From the IMG/VR virus record IMGVR_UViG_3300021137_000001, positions 62,001 through 126,000 of that record: a stretch of 64,000 nucleotides of DNA. The stretch is one strand, 5' to 3'. Each line of letters opens with the position of its first letter. Positions within the stretch are counted from its first letter, which is position 1. The notes under the pieces are model-generated. The model saw only the letters and a list, made by a program, of their open reading frames with translations, made no database searches and was not told where the DNA came from. Position numbers and translations under genes: made by a program. Shown here piece by piece: positions 1 through 10,173 of this stretch.

Positions 1-2
1 AC

Positions 3-1904
3 GCAATCACATTATCGTCGGGCAGTGTTACTTCGACACATACCGGTACTGAGAATCTTGGTAATTTTATATTCTTTAAAGATACTGTTAGAGTTGATAA
101 TGGAATGACAGTAATTACCAACCGTGGAACATTAAATATCGGTACTAATATGGAAATGCCCGGCGTTCCACAACATTTTCATATTGCCTTTGATGGTAGT
201 AATGGCACAGCCCCAACCAGTGACTTATTCTTAGGAGATGATTGGAATTATACAAAAATACCAGCAGGACGTAATGGAGTTATTATTGGTGCTGGTAACT
301 TAGGTGGCAACGCACAACAATGGAACTTTGGTATCGATGGCAATTTAACATTGCCTAACTCTGCTACCATTTCTGACCTTAAGGGTGGAGCAACAGCATT
401 TAGTTCTATAGGCGGCGTACAAATTAACACAGCAGCAGGTACTTGGCAATTTGGTGGTGATGGCAGTTTAACATTACCGGGTGGTGGTACAATCACTTCT
501 GCTCTTGGCTCGCCACAACAAGGACTTTGGTTAGGATGGAATGGACATAAATTATTACTGAACGATGACGGTCAATTTTGGACGGGCGGGGTTCAGCTAG
601 GCGGTAGTGGACACCCAGGTTATGTTGGGTCATATGGCAACATAACGCTAGATACCAATATTGGTGCTACTCCCGGCGATTCAAAATGGGTCTTTGGAAC
701 AGATGGTTTGCTAACATTCCCAGATGGACAACTAATTGGATCTCTAGAAGGCTCTGCTGGTATCTTTGGTCCAAACGGAACAGATTTTTTAATCAATACT
801 CGCTTTGATAACACAGGTTCTTATCAGGCGTGGACATTTGGCACCAATGGTATATTAACATTACCATTTGGTAGCACTATCAATGATACACCGTTAGCCC
901 CAGGTGCAGGCGGTAATGGCCAGGCTGTTGAGATCAAACCAGGCCGCGTCAGCCATAATAATCAACTATTAAGAATATATCCCACAGCTCCTAATCCAGA
1001 CGGCAATCACCTACACTTAACTTCAGGCGATCTCACAGACACTGATTTGTTCCTAGGCGATGACAATCAGTTTGTACAAATTGCTGTTGACGGTAAAGTT
1101 TGTATTGGTACTTATGGTACTGAAGGACATTTCTGGCAGTTTGGCACAGATGGTACAACTTCATTTCCTAACAATGCTATTACCACATCTAATACACCAT
1201 TAACAATACAAACTAAATTACCTGCTACATATGGTCCGTTTTACACAGCGTATTTTGAAAGTGGCAATGGCAGTGTAAACGGTGTTCATCCGGGAACTTA
1301 TGCTGGATATTTTAGTATTACTACTGTCAATATTAACAACGATGGAACATATTCAGTTAGTGGTTACCCAGCATCTATACAGAACGGAACTAATCCAACT
1401 TATACAATATCGGGTGTAGACTTAGGCGGTACTTCCCCTGCCAACGACTGCCTATTAACTGTTACCACAGTCGATGACATTATTACAAATGTAGTAGTAT
1501 CCGGTACTGCGCTTTTACCTAAATGGACCTTTGGCACAGATGGTTCGTTGACATTACCTGGTGCAATTATTACAACTGCAAACACTTCATCATATACCAG
1601 TACAACGGTTACTGTTGATATTACTGCATTAGTTAATAAATTAGTACCACAAGCAACAACAGGTGCCCCACATTATTATATTCCTCCAGGAACTGATGGA
1701 CAAATTATGTATCTTGTTCCGGCAAATATACATAATGACGGCAGTGAATCAACAACGATAAGTTTTGATAATGCTCGTTGGTCAAGTGGCGCAGGTCCAA
1801 TTTATATTAGTGAAGGCGCAAGGCCAAGTTGGCTTCCATTTGCAGCCGGTTCTGCTGTTGTAACAATCATATTCGCTAATGGTGCATGGAATCTTCCATA
1901 CTAG
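3..1904 (+). CDS. Tail fibre / receptor-binding-like protein with W-x-F-G-x-D-G-x-L-T-L-P repeats (5' truncated by window edge)
   Basis: Frame open from nt 3 into ORF 105..1904; about 7 copies of a WQFGTDGxLTLP-like motif; Gly/Thr/Asn-rich. Confidence 0.65.
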   Translation, partial: AITLSSGSVTSTHTGTENLGNFIFFKDTVRVDNGMTVITNRGTLNIGTNMEMPGVPQHFHIAFDGSNGTAPTSDLFLGDDWNYTKIPAGRNGVIIGAGNLGGNAQQWNFGIDGNLTLPNSATISDLKGGATAFSSIGGVQINTAAGTWQFGGDGSLTLPGGGTITSALGSPQQGLWLGWNGHKLLLNDDGQFWTGGVQLGGSGHPGYVGSYGNITLDTNIGATPGDSKWVFGTDGLLTFPDGQLIGSLEGSAGIFGPNGTDFLINTRFDNTGSYQAWTFGTNGILTLPFGSTINDTPLAPGAGGNGQAVEIKPGRVSHNNQLLRIYPTAPNPDGNHLHLTSGDLTDTDLFLGDDNQFVQIAVDGKVCIGTYGTEGHFWQFGTDGTTSFPNNAITTSNTPLTIQTKLPATYGPFYTAYFESGNGSVNGVHPGTYAGYFSITTVNINNDGTYSVSGYPASIQNGTNPTYTISGVDLGGTSPANDCLLTVTTVDDIITNVVVSGTALLPKWTFGTDGSLTLPGAIITTANTSSYTSTTVTVDITALVNKLVPQATTGAPHYYIPPGTDGQIMYLVPANIHNDGSESTTISFDNARWSSGAGPIYISEGARPSWLPFAAGSAVVTIIFANGAWNLPY

Positions 1905-1907
1905 AAC

Positions 1908-2621
1908 GTGATGCAACTATTTTTATATACCTTAATCGTAACACACATTACAATAGTGTGTGTTACGCTTTATCTACACCGTTGCCAAAGTCATAAAGGT
2001 GTTGAGTTCCATCCGGGGCTCGCACACTTTATGCGTTTTTGGTTGTGGATGACTACTGGTATGACTACTAAACAATGGGTAGCAGTACATCGCAAACATC
2101 ATCAATCGACTGACATTATCGGTGATCCACATAGTCCTCATATCTTTGGTATTATGACTGTTATGTTTACTGGTATGTTACTATATAATAACACTTGTAA
2201 AGATGCAACCTTTGTTATGAAATATGGTAAAGGTACACCCAAGGATTGGATCGAGCGTAAATTATACACAGCATATCCGAGACTTGGTCTATTACTAATG
2301 TTACTAATAGATTTAATATTATTTGGTCCTGTGGGTTTGGCAATATGGATTATACAAATATTATGGATACCTGTTGGTGCAGCTGCATTAATTAATGGAT
2401 TGGGTCATTGGGTCGGGTACCGCAATGGTGAAACTAACGATTACAGTCGTAACATTAGTCCAATTGGAATTATTGTAGCTGGCGAAGAATTACATAACAA
2501 TCATCACTTAAATCCAGCAAGTCCAAAGTTTAGTCGTAAGCCTTGGGAATTTGACATAGGCTGGATGTACATTACAATATTTAGATTTTTAGGTTTAGCA
2601 ACACTTAATCAAATCTCTTGA
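1908..2621 (+). CDS. Membrane fatty-acid (delta-9 type) desaturase
   Basis: Three His boxes HRCQSH, HRKHH, HNNHH; hydrophobic segments; C-terminal WEFDIGW. Confidence 0.9.
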   Translation: MMQLFLYTLIVTHITIVCVTLYLHRCQSHKGVEFHPGLAHFMRFWLWMTTGMTTKQWVAVHRKHHQSTDIIGDPHSPHIFGIMTVMFTGMLLYNNTCKDATFVMKYGKGTPKDWIERKLYTAYPRLGLLLMLLIDLILFGPVGLAIWIIQILWIPVGAAALINGLGHWVGYRNGETNDYSRNISPIGIIVAGEELHNNHHLNPASPKFSRKPWEFDIGWMYITIFRFLGLATLNQIS

Positions 2622-2646
2622 CTTAACCTGACAATTAGCATATAAT
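2618..2646 (+). promoter_or_regulatory. Sigma70-type promoter upstream of the primase locus
   Basis: TTGACT-N17-TATAAT. Confidence 0.75.
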
Positions 2647-2653
2647 ATAGTAT

Positions 2654-2710
2654 ATGCTGAATCTTATCTCCAACTATGTAAAAAATTGTTTCAATTGTAA
2701 GTTGACATAA
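2654..2710 (+). pseudogene. Orphan 5' remnant of primase (MLNLISNYVKNCFNCKLT*)
   Basis: MLNLISNY resembles the primase start MINQISDY at 3377; lies directly after the promoter and before the endonuclease. Confidence 0.55.
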
Positions 2711-2718
2711 ATACTTGT

Positions 2719-3396
2719 ATGGAAAAATACATTTATCTTATCACTTCACCATCATTGAAAGTTTACGTAGGTCAGTCAATGATATCAATCGAGAAAAAAA
2801 TTCATTCTTATCGAAAATCGGAAAGGTATGTTAATAAATTAACAGGCCGTAAGATTATTAACGCCATCAGAAAATATGGATGGGATAATATGAAGTTTGA
2901 GATAATTGAGTTGTCGGCTGAATGGACAAAAGCAACACTAAATGAACGAGAAATTTTTTGGATAGCATATTATGATTCAGTAAATATTGGATATAATATG
3001 ACAATTGGCGGAGACGGAGTTGATTCTAAATTAGCTGTACAGTTAGCAACAACACATCATGCAACGATGAGTGCAGAAAAGAAACAACAACGTAGAGATA
3101 ATTGTAGTAAAGGTCAGCTTATTCGATTCGAAAATACTCCAGAGTCTGTGCAAACTAAACAAAGAAAAAGTAATTCTCATAAAGGGATATACCTAATAGA
3201 GGCACCCGATGGCAGAACTTGGGAAACTAATATAGGATTAAAAGAGTTTGCTGAACAATACGGCACAGAATTGGATATTACTTATTGGCAGTTGTTTGGT
3301 GCTTATAGAAAATGTTATAATAATAGAATAGTAACTCGCAATAGAATAGATAATAATAAATGGAAGGTCACGCGAATTGATAAATCAGATATCTGA
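2719..3396 (+). mobile_element. Free-standing GIY-YIG homing endonuclease
   Basis: YIYLI...VYVGQS, REIFWI, GYNMTIGGDG; ATAAATA just upstream. Confidence 0.85.
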
Positions 3397-4372
3397 TTAC
3401 ACTATTGCTCTTTGGAAATCAAGAAAAACTAAAAGTAGTTCTGCTGGATGGATTTCTGGAAATGCGCCTTGTTGCATACACAATGGCGAAAGCGCAGATA
3501 CACGCGGCCGAGGTGGATTGATATACGCCGACAATAAATTAACTTGGCATTGCTTTAACTGTTCCTACAAAGCATCATACATACCGGGTCGCCCATTAAC
3601 ATTTAAGTTTCGTAAACTACTTGGTTGGCTAGGTGCAAGTGATGGTGAAGTTAAGCGTTTAGTAATCGAAGCAATTCGCATTAAAGACTTAGTTGGCCCA
3701 ACAGAACATAAAGAAGAAGTTAAAGAAGAGATTGTAATTAAGGCACGTACATTGCCCGATAACATACAATCATTCACTGAACTAACTACCTTACACCCAG
3801 CCGCAGAATATTGTTACGATAGAAAAATCGACTTAACAAAGTATAACTTTTATGTAACTGAAAGTAAACAACACTCATTATATAAACGTGTAATCATTCC
3901 GTGCTACTGGAAGAACAATGTAATTGGCTATACAGCACGTGCTTTTACCGATGATGTTAAGCCAAAGTATCATAACAACTACGAATCAAATTTTGTGTTT
4001 AACACAGACCAACAGCAACGTGATTGGAAGTTTGTTATTGTATGCGAAGGCCCATTTGACGCAATGGCAATAGATGGTGTTGCAGTATTAGGTAATGACA
4101 TTAGTGAAATACAAGCGGATATTATAGATAGCTTGGGTCGAGAAGTTATTGTTGTTGCTGATACTGATGTTAGTGGTGCTAAAACAATAGATGCGGCAAT
4201 TAAGTATGGCTGGAGTGTAAGTTTCCCGATCTGGCAAGAAGATGCTGACTGTAAAGATATCAGCGCAGCAGTAGTCAAGTACGGCAAACTGTTTGTGCTT
4301 AAAAGCATTATTGATGCTAAAGAAACGAGCAAATTAAAAATAGAATTACTACGAAAAAGAATGTATAATTAA
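3377..4372 (+). CDS. DNA primase (T4 gp61-like; Zn finger + TOPRIM)
   Basis: CC...HCFNC zinc motif, CEGPFDAM, DTD and KD TOPRIM motifs; upstream of helicase. Confidence 0.9.
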   Translation: MINQISDYTIALWKSRKTKSSSAGWISGNAPCCIHNGESADTRGRGGLIYADNKLTWHCFNCSYKASYIPGRPLTFKFRKLLGWLGASDGEVKRLVIEAIRIKDLVGPTEHKEEVKEEIVIKARTLPDNIQSFTELTTLHPAAEYCYDRKIDLTKYNFYVTESKQHSLYKRVIIPCYWKNNVIGYTARAFTDDVKPKYHNNYESNFVFNTDQQQRDWKFVIVCEGPFDAMAIDGVAVLGNDISEIQADIIDSLGREVIVVADTDVSGAKTIDAAIKYGWSVSFPIWQEDADCKDISAAVVKYGKLFVLKSIIDAKETSKLKIELLRKRMYN

Positions 4373-4376
4373 ACAT

Positions 4377-5144
4377 ATGGATAAGTTTACATTTGTTGGA
4401 TGCTCATTTACTGTCGGTGAAGGATTAGAATTTGAAAAAACTGATCCGACTAACTATACTAATATTGTGGTTAAAAAATATTCAGCCGAGGTACTTAATT
4501 TAGCCAAAAAAGGCAATAGTAACTATAATATTTTTATTACGGCATTGAATGAAATATTATTTAATACTCCTAATAAAATATTTATTCAATGGAGTGCGTT
4601 AAATAGGATGTGGCTATATCCAGGACCTGGCACAGAATTAACTGTATCGCATGCTATTAATAATGATTATACATATAGAGACATCGTTTATGCAAAAAAA
4701 GAGTTACAAAAATTTACAGATACATACCATATATTAAATCACGACTATAATAATTTACTAACATTGATTAATTATAGTAGTATATTAACTGAACTTAGTA
4801 AAAATAAAACACAATTAATTTTCATCAATGGATTGGTACCATGGACTAAAGAAATAACAACCTTAGATACATTACAGAATATGTCGAATAATCTAAGCAA
4901 ATATACAAAAGAAATATTAGAATTTGAGTCAAGATCAGATGATGAATTAATTGAATTCTTTACTACATTAAATACCGCAGTAACGGAGTTAAATAAAACA
5001 CTATGGGTTAATATGTTCGAATCAATGATAACTACACGGATTGATGTAGGAAATGATAATGCTCACCCAGGACCAAAAAGTCATGCGCTATATGCAGAGA
5101 TGATAATTAAATATTTAGAAGAGAACAATGGCAAAAGAATATAG
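4377..5144 (+). CDS. SGNH/GDSL-like hypothetical protein
   Basis: GCSFT near the N-terminus, GNSN, C-terminal DNAHPG (DxxH). Confidence 0.6.
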   Translation: MDKFTFVGCSFTVGEGLEFEKTDPTNYTNIVVKKYSAEVLNLAKKGNSNYNIFITALNEILFNTPNKIFIQWSALNRMWLYPGPGTELTVSHAINNDYTYRDIVYAKKELQKFTDTYHILNHDYNNLLTLINYSSILTELSKNKTQLIFINGLVPWTKEITTLDTLQNMSNNLSKYTKEILEFESRSDDELIEFFTTLNTAVTELNKTLWVNMFESMITTRIDVGNDNAHPGPKSHALYAEMIIKYLEENNGKRI

Positions 5145-6537
5145 TCCAGACCTACAACGTTTATTTTTAGAAATGATGTTACAAGATCCAGTGAGCTATA
5201 CCAGGGTAACAAACATCTACAACCCCGAAAACTTCGATAGAAGTCTACGTGATGCTGCTAAATTTATTAAACAACACAGCGATGACTACAGAACCCTGCC
5301 GACGATTGATCAAGTACAAGCAGTAACTACGGTCACACTCAAACACGTACCTGACTTAACAGCAGATCACTATAGTTGGTTTATGACAGAGTTTGAGGGC
5401 TTTACTAAACGACAAGAAATTGAACGTGCAATTCTTGCGGCTGCCGACTTACTTGAGAAGGGCGACTACGACCCAGTTGAGAAACTAATTAAAGACGCTG
5501 TACAAATCTCGCTGACTAAGGACTTAGGTACAGATTACTTTGCTGATCCGCATGGTCGAATCGACAAATACTTTAACAGTGGCGGGCAAGTAAGTACTGG
5601 GTGGCCGCAAATGGATAAGATACTTTACGGTGGCTTTAGTCGCGGTGAACTTAACATTTTTGCTGGCGGATCTGGTTCGGGTAAATCATTGGTTATGATG
5701 AACATTGCACTTAGTTGGTTGCAAATGGGACTTAGTGGTGTGTATGTAACACTTGAACTTAGTGAAGAACTATGTAGTCTACGTACAGATGCGATGCTTA
5801 CTGGTATGAGTACTAAGGACATTAGAAAAGATATTAGCACAACTGAACTTAAAGTTAAGATGGTGGGTAAGAAAGCAGGGCAATATCGTGTTAAAGGCTT
5901 TCCGGCACAAAGTACAGTAAATGACATACGTAGTTTTTTAAAGGAATATCAAATTCAGACTGGTAATAAAGTTGACTTTGTTATGGTAGATTACTTAGAC
6001 TTAGTAATGCCAGTGTCAATTAAAGTTAACCCAAATGATCAGTTTATTAAAGACAAATACGTAGCAGAAGAATTGCGTAACTTAGCAAAAGAACTTAATG
6101 TATTACTTGTAACAGCAAGTCAACTTAATCGTAGTGCAGTTGAAGAAATTGAGTTTGATCACAGTCACATTGCAGGTGGTATTAGTAAGATTAATACAGC
6201 AGATAACGTGTTTGGTATCTTTACTAGCAGAGCAATGAAAGAACGCGGTCGCTATCAGTTACAATGTATGAAGTCACGTAGCTCAACTGGTGTAGGACAT
6301 AAAGTAGACTTAGAATACAGTATTGAAACAATGCGTATTACAGATAACGGTGAAGAATCATCGGGTGATGGTAATGGCGCAAGCAGAAATGTAAATAATG
6401 TACTAAACAATATTAAGCCAAACTCAACAGTTAATAAAGACACTGGCGAAATTACAGACCATCCAAAAATTAATGCAACAGTGGACAGTAGCAAGCTAAA
6501 AAGTATGCTTGCTGGCTTGAAAAATTCCGCAAATTAA
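5128..6537 (+). CDS. Replicative DNA helicase (DnaB / T4 gp41-like)
   Basis: Walker A GGSGSGKS, LEL, VDYLDL, ASQLNR. Confidence 0.95.
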   Translation: MAKEYSPDLQRLFLEMMLQDPVSYTRVTNIYNPENFDRSLRDAAKFIKQHSDDYRTLPTIDQVQAVTTVTLKHVPDLTADHYSWFMTEFEGFTKRQEIERAILAAADLLEKGDYDPVEKLIKDAVQISLTKDLGTDYFADPHGRIDKYFNSGGQVSTGWPQMDKILYGGFSRGELNIFAGGSGSGKSLVMMNIALSWLQMGLSGVYVTLELSEELCSLRTDAMLTGMSTKDIRKDISTTELKVKMVGKKAGQYRVKGFPAQSTVNDIRSFLKEYQIQTGNKVDFVMVDYLDLVMPVSIKVNPNDQFIKDKYVAEELRNLAKELNVLLVTASQLNRSAVEEIEFDHSHIAGGISKINTADNVFGIFTSRAMKERGRYQLQCMKSRSSTGVGHKVDLEYSIETMRITDNGEESSGDGNGASRNVNNVLNNIKPNSTVNKDTGEITDHPKINATVDSSKLKSMLAGLKNSAN

Positions 6538-7131
6538 CTTATTTTTCTCGATTAAATTGCGAGCACGTCGGGCTGTTATTTCGATTCTAGCTTCGATACT
6601 AATTGGCCGTCGATTCCTTGCAGCAATTGACATATTTTGTTTTGCTTGGTCAGATTTCGGAATACGCAGTTTTTCTTTAGTTGATTCGCTACGTTTATTA
6701 CCTAATTGTCCAGCAGATATTTTTGCTTTAGTTTCCACTGAATGTAATCGTGACTCGTGTGTTCTTTGTTTTGCTTGAATAGATATTTTACGTTTTGTTT
6801 CTTCTGAACGGTTGGCTCCAAGATGCACTCCTTGTAGTTTTTGTTTAGTTGAATCTAACATGGCACGGCCAGATGCTCCGTCACCACCATCAGTCATATT
6901 ACGCAATATACCAGTGCCGATATCTTTTCTTCCATGATATGCGATTAATTTGCGTTCGAGTAACATAGATTCGCTTTCTGTTAGCTTATGTGCTATAATT
7001 TGTATTAATTGTTTATCTTTGGGGAGCTTGATTCTGCCATGGTCTATATAGGCTCGTCGTCCTTTTCCTTTACCAATGTAATACGGAGTTAAATCTTCTC
7101 TGAGGTATTGATAGACGTAATAAATATACAT
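6496..7131 (-). mobile_element. GIY-YIG-family homing endonuclease with NUMOD3-like repeats
   Basis: YYVYQYLR...PYYIGKG, LRNMTDGGDG, HSVETKAKIS. Confidence 0.85.
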
Positions 7132-7132
7132 G

Positions 7133-7186
7133 TTGACATAGTCCTTTATGTTAGGGCAGTTGGATATTGACGTATCGCGAACTGCA
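7133..7186 (+). ncRNA. Two-hairpin structured motif, copy 1 (antisense to the endonuclease leader)
   Basis: TGACATA/TATGTTA hairpin followed by GCAGTTG-GATA..TATC-GCG-AACTGC; homologous to 7500-7552. Confidence 0.55.
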
Positions 7187-7237
7187 TAATTTTATTTATC
7201 AATAAATACACTAACAGTGATACATTAAGGACTAATC

Positions 7238-7495
7238 TTGCAAAAGCGTACTCGTGGCATACTTCAGGAACTCGACGAACTCCTTCAGCATAAGGATAAG
7301 GCAAACCTCATTGAGAGCAGAGCCAATAACATCATTAATGGTGCTATCAACCTTATTAATCACATACGTGAAAACTATGATGCAGAACAAGCTGGTGAAT
7401 TAGAACGACGTCTGCTTAATGCAATTAAAGGACAAGACCCTGCAAAATTTGCACGTGGCATACGGAAACTAAAAGATGATTTGGACGATAAATAA
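7238..7495 (+). CDS. Conserved phage hypothetical protein
   Basis: TTG start with AAGGA SD after ATAAATA promoter. Confidence 0.7.
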   Translation: MQKRTRGILQELDELLQHKDKANLIESRANNIINGAINLINHIRENYDAEQAGELERRLLNAIKGQDPAKFARGIRKLKDDLDDK

Positions 7496-7499
7496 TAGT

Positions 7500-7552
7500 G
7501 TAGTTCGCGGAATTGACGTTCCCAACTACTCTAACGTCTTGGAGGACATCAG
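7500..7552 (-). ncRNA. Two-hairpin structured motif, copy 2 (antisense to the endonuclease leader)
   Basis: Minus strand CTGATGTC/GACGTTAG hairpin plus GTAGTTG-GGAA..TTCC-GCG-AACTAC; compensatory changes versus copy 1. Confidence 0.55.
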
Positions 7553-7553
7553 T

Positions 7554-8108
7554 ATGAATATTTATTACGTCTACGCATATCTTAGAAATAAAGACTCTAT
7601 TACTGCAATCGCAGGTACCCCATATTATATCGGCAAAGGAAAACACAATCGAAAATTAGCCAAACATAGTAATGCTCCTGTACCAACAGATCATTATTAT
7701 ATACACATGATAGCAGAAAGATTACGTGAACAAGAAGCGCACTTATTGGAAATTGAATTAATTACAAAATATGGCAGAAAAGATATAGGGACAGGAATAT
7801 TAAATAATAAAACAGCCGGCGGCGAGGGTTCGTCTGGTCGTATTTTGTCGGCAGATACTATAAGAAAAATGAGTAAACCAAAGTCTGAAGAAACTAAGAA
7901 AAAAATGTCAGCTTCACGTACAGGTAGAATATTTAGTGTTGAAACAAAAGCAAAAATGAAGGCTTCTGCGCTAGCAAGACCACCCAAATCAGAAGAGACT
8001 AGAAGAAAATTGTCAGTAGCAGGCACAGGTAAAACACGCTCAAACGAAACTAAAGAAAAAATGAAATTAGCACAACAGCAGAGATGGAATAATAACGATG
8101 AAGATTAA
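7554..8108 (+). mobile_element. GIY-YIG-family homing endonuclease with NUMOD3-like repeats
   Basis: MNIYYVYAYLR...PYYIGKG, LNNKTAGGEG, KSEETKKKMS repeats; start moved to the ATG after GGAGG. Confidence 0.85.
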
Positions 8109-8508
8109 TGAAATATTAGCTGAATCGGAACTTGATCAATTACTCGATCAACCCGAAGCAGACGAACCGCAGGAACCCGAAGCAGACGAATTCGGCCAGA
8201 AACCTACGCCAAAACTTGATAAAGCCACTAAATTTGCAAATGCTACCGCTGGCGCTATTGGGTCGGTATCTAAAGCAATAGCAAATGCACCTGGTAAAAG
8301 TTATGGTAGTTCATTTATTCAACCCGCTGCACAGTCGAGTAAAGTGCAATCAACACCAGTGACAGCACCAACAATTCAGCCAGGTGTAGTTGCACCAGAA
8401 AATGCAAAGTATCTTAGAACACTTGCAAATAATAAAGTTGCAACTAATCCAACCGGCACACCCGAAATTGATGCTGTACTTAGATCTGCAGGCATGTTAA
8501 AACCATAA
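8098..8508 (+). CDS. Putative virion/internal head protein (MKINEILAES leader)
   Basis: N-terminus identical to 8521; low complexity. Confidence 0.5.
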   Translation: MKINEILAESELDQLLDQPEADEPQEPEADEFGQKPTPKLDKATKFANATAGAIGSVSKAIANAPGKSYGSSFIQPAAQSSKVQSTPVTAPTIQPGVVAPENAKYLRTLANNKVATNPTGTPEIDAVLRSAGMLKP

Positions 8509-8520
8509 TAGAGAACATAT

Positions 8521-9108
8521 ATGAAAATTAATGAAATATTAGCAGAAAGTACTGTAGACGAAGGCTTTGTTGACTTTGCAAAAAAAGTAGGTGGTGCATT
8601 CTCAGCTGCAAAACAAGGATATCAAACATCACAGGTATCGAGACAGCAAGCAGATCAAACTACTAAAGTTGTTACTACTGCATTACAGAAATGGATTGCA
8701 ATTAATCAAAATATATTGGCATCAGGTCAACAATCTACACCAACACAAGCAGTACAATGGTATACTAACTTTTCTGGTAAAGCACCGACTGCACCGCCAG
8801 CAAACACAACAGATACAGTAATGAAACAATGGCTTGCAAAAGAGATTTCTAATTTTATGGCAATCCGTGCATTAGGACCAGCTGCAACTCCACCGGCACC
8901 AACTCGCACAGGGGGTAAGGTAGCAGGCAAAGTAAGTCAATCAGCAAGTGCTGTCAGACAACGTCAAGCACGTGCTAATAAAACAACAGTAACACCACAA
9001 CCGAAGGTAACACCACAGCCAACAATAGGTGGCCTAGGACCAAATGATCCTAGATATGCGGCATTAGCGGCTGCAACTAAAAATGCGTCAGCAACTCCAA
9101 CAGTTTAG
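8521..9108 (+). CDS. Putative virion/internal head protein (MKINEILAES leader)
   Basis: Shared leader; Ala/Thr/Gln/Pro-rich. Confidence 0.5.
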   Translation: MKINEILAESTVDEGFVDFAKKVGGAFSAAKQGYQTSQVSRQQADQTTKVVTTALQKWIAINQNILASGQQSTPTQAVQWYTNFSGKAPTAPPANTTDTVMKQWLAKEISNFMAIRALGPAATPPAPTRTGGKVAGKVSQSASAVRQRQARANKTTVTPQPKVTPQPTIGGLGPNDPRYAALAAATKNASATPTV

Positions 9109-9121
9109 ATATGGATATTAA

Positions 9122-9409
9122 ATGAAGTTATTTGAAATTAAAAAAGAAACACCAAAATGGTTACTTGCAGAATTAGGTATTCCGTTTGGTGATACAGCGC
9201 AACAAGCTGGACAACAAGCTGGACAACCAGCACAGCAAGCTGGCAGTACCGGTGTATTTAATAATCCACAGGCACTTGCAGCATCATTTGAACAATTTAT
9301 GTCTGCTGGTGGATCAGTTCCTTCTGCATTCCGTGGTGTGTTAAAAGATATTTTAAGCACAGCATTAAGTAAAGTAGAAAGCAAACAAGTTAAAGGCCGT
9401 AGAATTTAA
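9122..9409 (+). CDS. Hypothetical protein; first 17 aa paralogous to 10148
   Basis: MKLFEIKKETPKWLLAE vs MQLHEIQNKSPSWMLVE; QQAG tandem repeats. Confidence 0.6.
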   Translation: MKLFEIKKETPKWLLAELGIPFGDTAQQAGQQAGQPAQQAGSTGVFNNPQALAASFEQFMSAGGSVPSAFRGVLKDILSTALSKVESKQVKGRRI

Positions 9410-9468
9410 TCCTCTAAATGTTCTATCTATTGTGCTAATTAGATAAATAACTGTATAGGAGATTTTAT

Positions 9469-10173
9469 ATGTACGGTTTCATTTATCTAACAACTTGCAC
9501 TATTAACAATAAAAAATATATAGGATTATGTTCGCATGAATCTATACATAAAGAATTATATTTGGGCAGTGGCAAGATATTAAAAAATGCAGTTAAACGT
9601 TACGGTAAATCTAATTTTACTAGAGTGATATTAGAGGAATGTTCGAGCTGGCAAGAATTATCTGATGCCGAAATTAAATGGATTGCTTACTATAATGCAA
9701 CCACAAATACAGAATTTTACAATATTGACTCAGGCGGGTATGGTGGTGATCCTACTACTATTAAAGAAATTTGGAAAAATAGAACACAAGAACAAAAAGA
9801 TATTATCGGTGACAAAATATCCGCCACTAAGAAACGATTAGGATCAAGTAAAGGTAGTAAAAATTCGATGTACGGTAAACATACGGGTAAATTAGTACAG
9901 GCAGTATGGGATTCGCGCACTAACGAATATAAGAAAGAAATTGGTGCAAAAGTATCAGCTACACGAAAAGAAATGGGATCAGCAAAAGGTGCCAATAATC
10001 CAATGTATGGTAGAAGTGCTATAACTGAAAAAAATCTCAAATGGTATACTAATGGGATAGAAAATAAATACATTACAGAAGGTACACAATCAGATGGTTT
10101 TGTTCGCGGTCGAACTAATTTATCGGGCAACATAGGAAAACGAACAAATGCAACTGCACGAAATACAAAATAA
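9469..10173 (+). mobile_element. GIY-YIG (Seg-like) homing endonuclease
   Basis: GFIYLTT...KKYIG, YLGSG, FYNI; NPMYG repeats. Confidence 0.88.

Noticed and set aside
3-1904. Diversity-generating retroelement target in the fibre-like gene
   Set aside because: No reverse transcriptase or adenine-variant TR/VR pair seen in the window
7500-7552. Hammerhead ribozyme (CTGATG on the minus strand)
   Set aside because: No CUGANGA plus GAAA core; CTGATG lies within a stem
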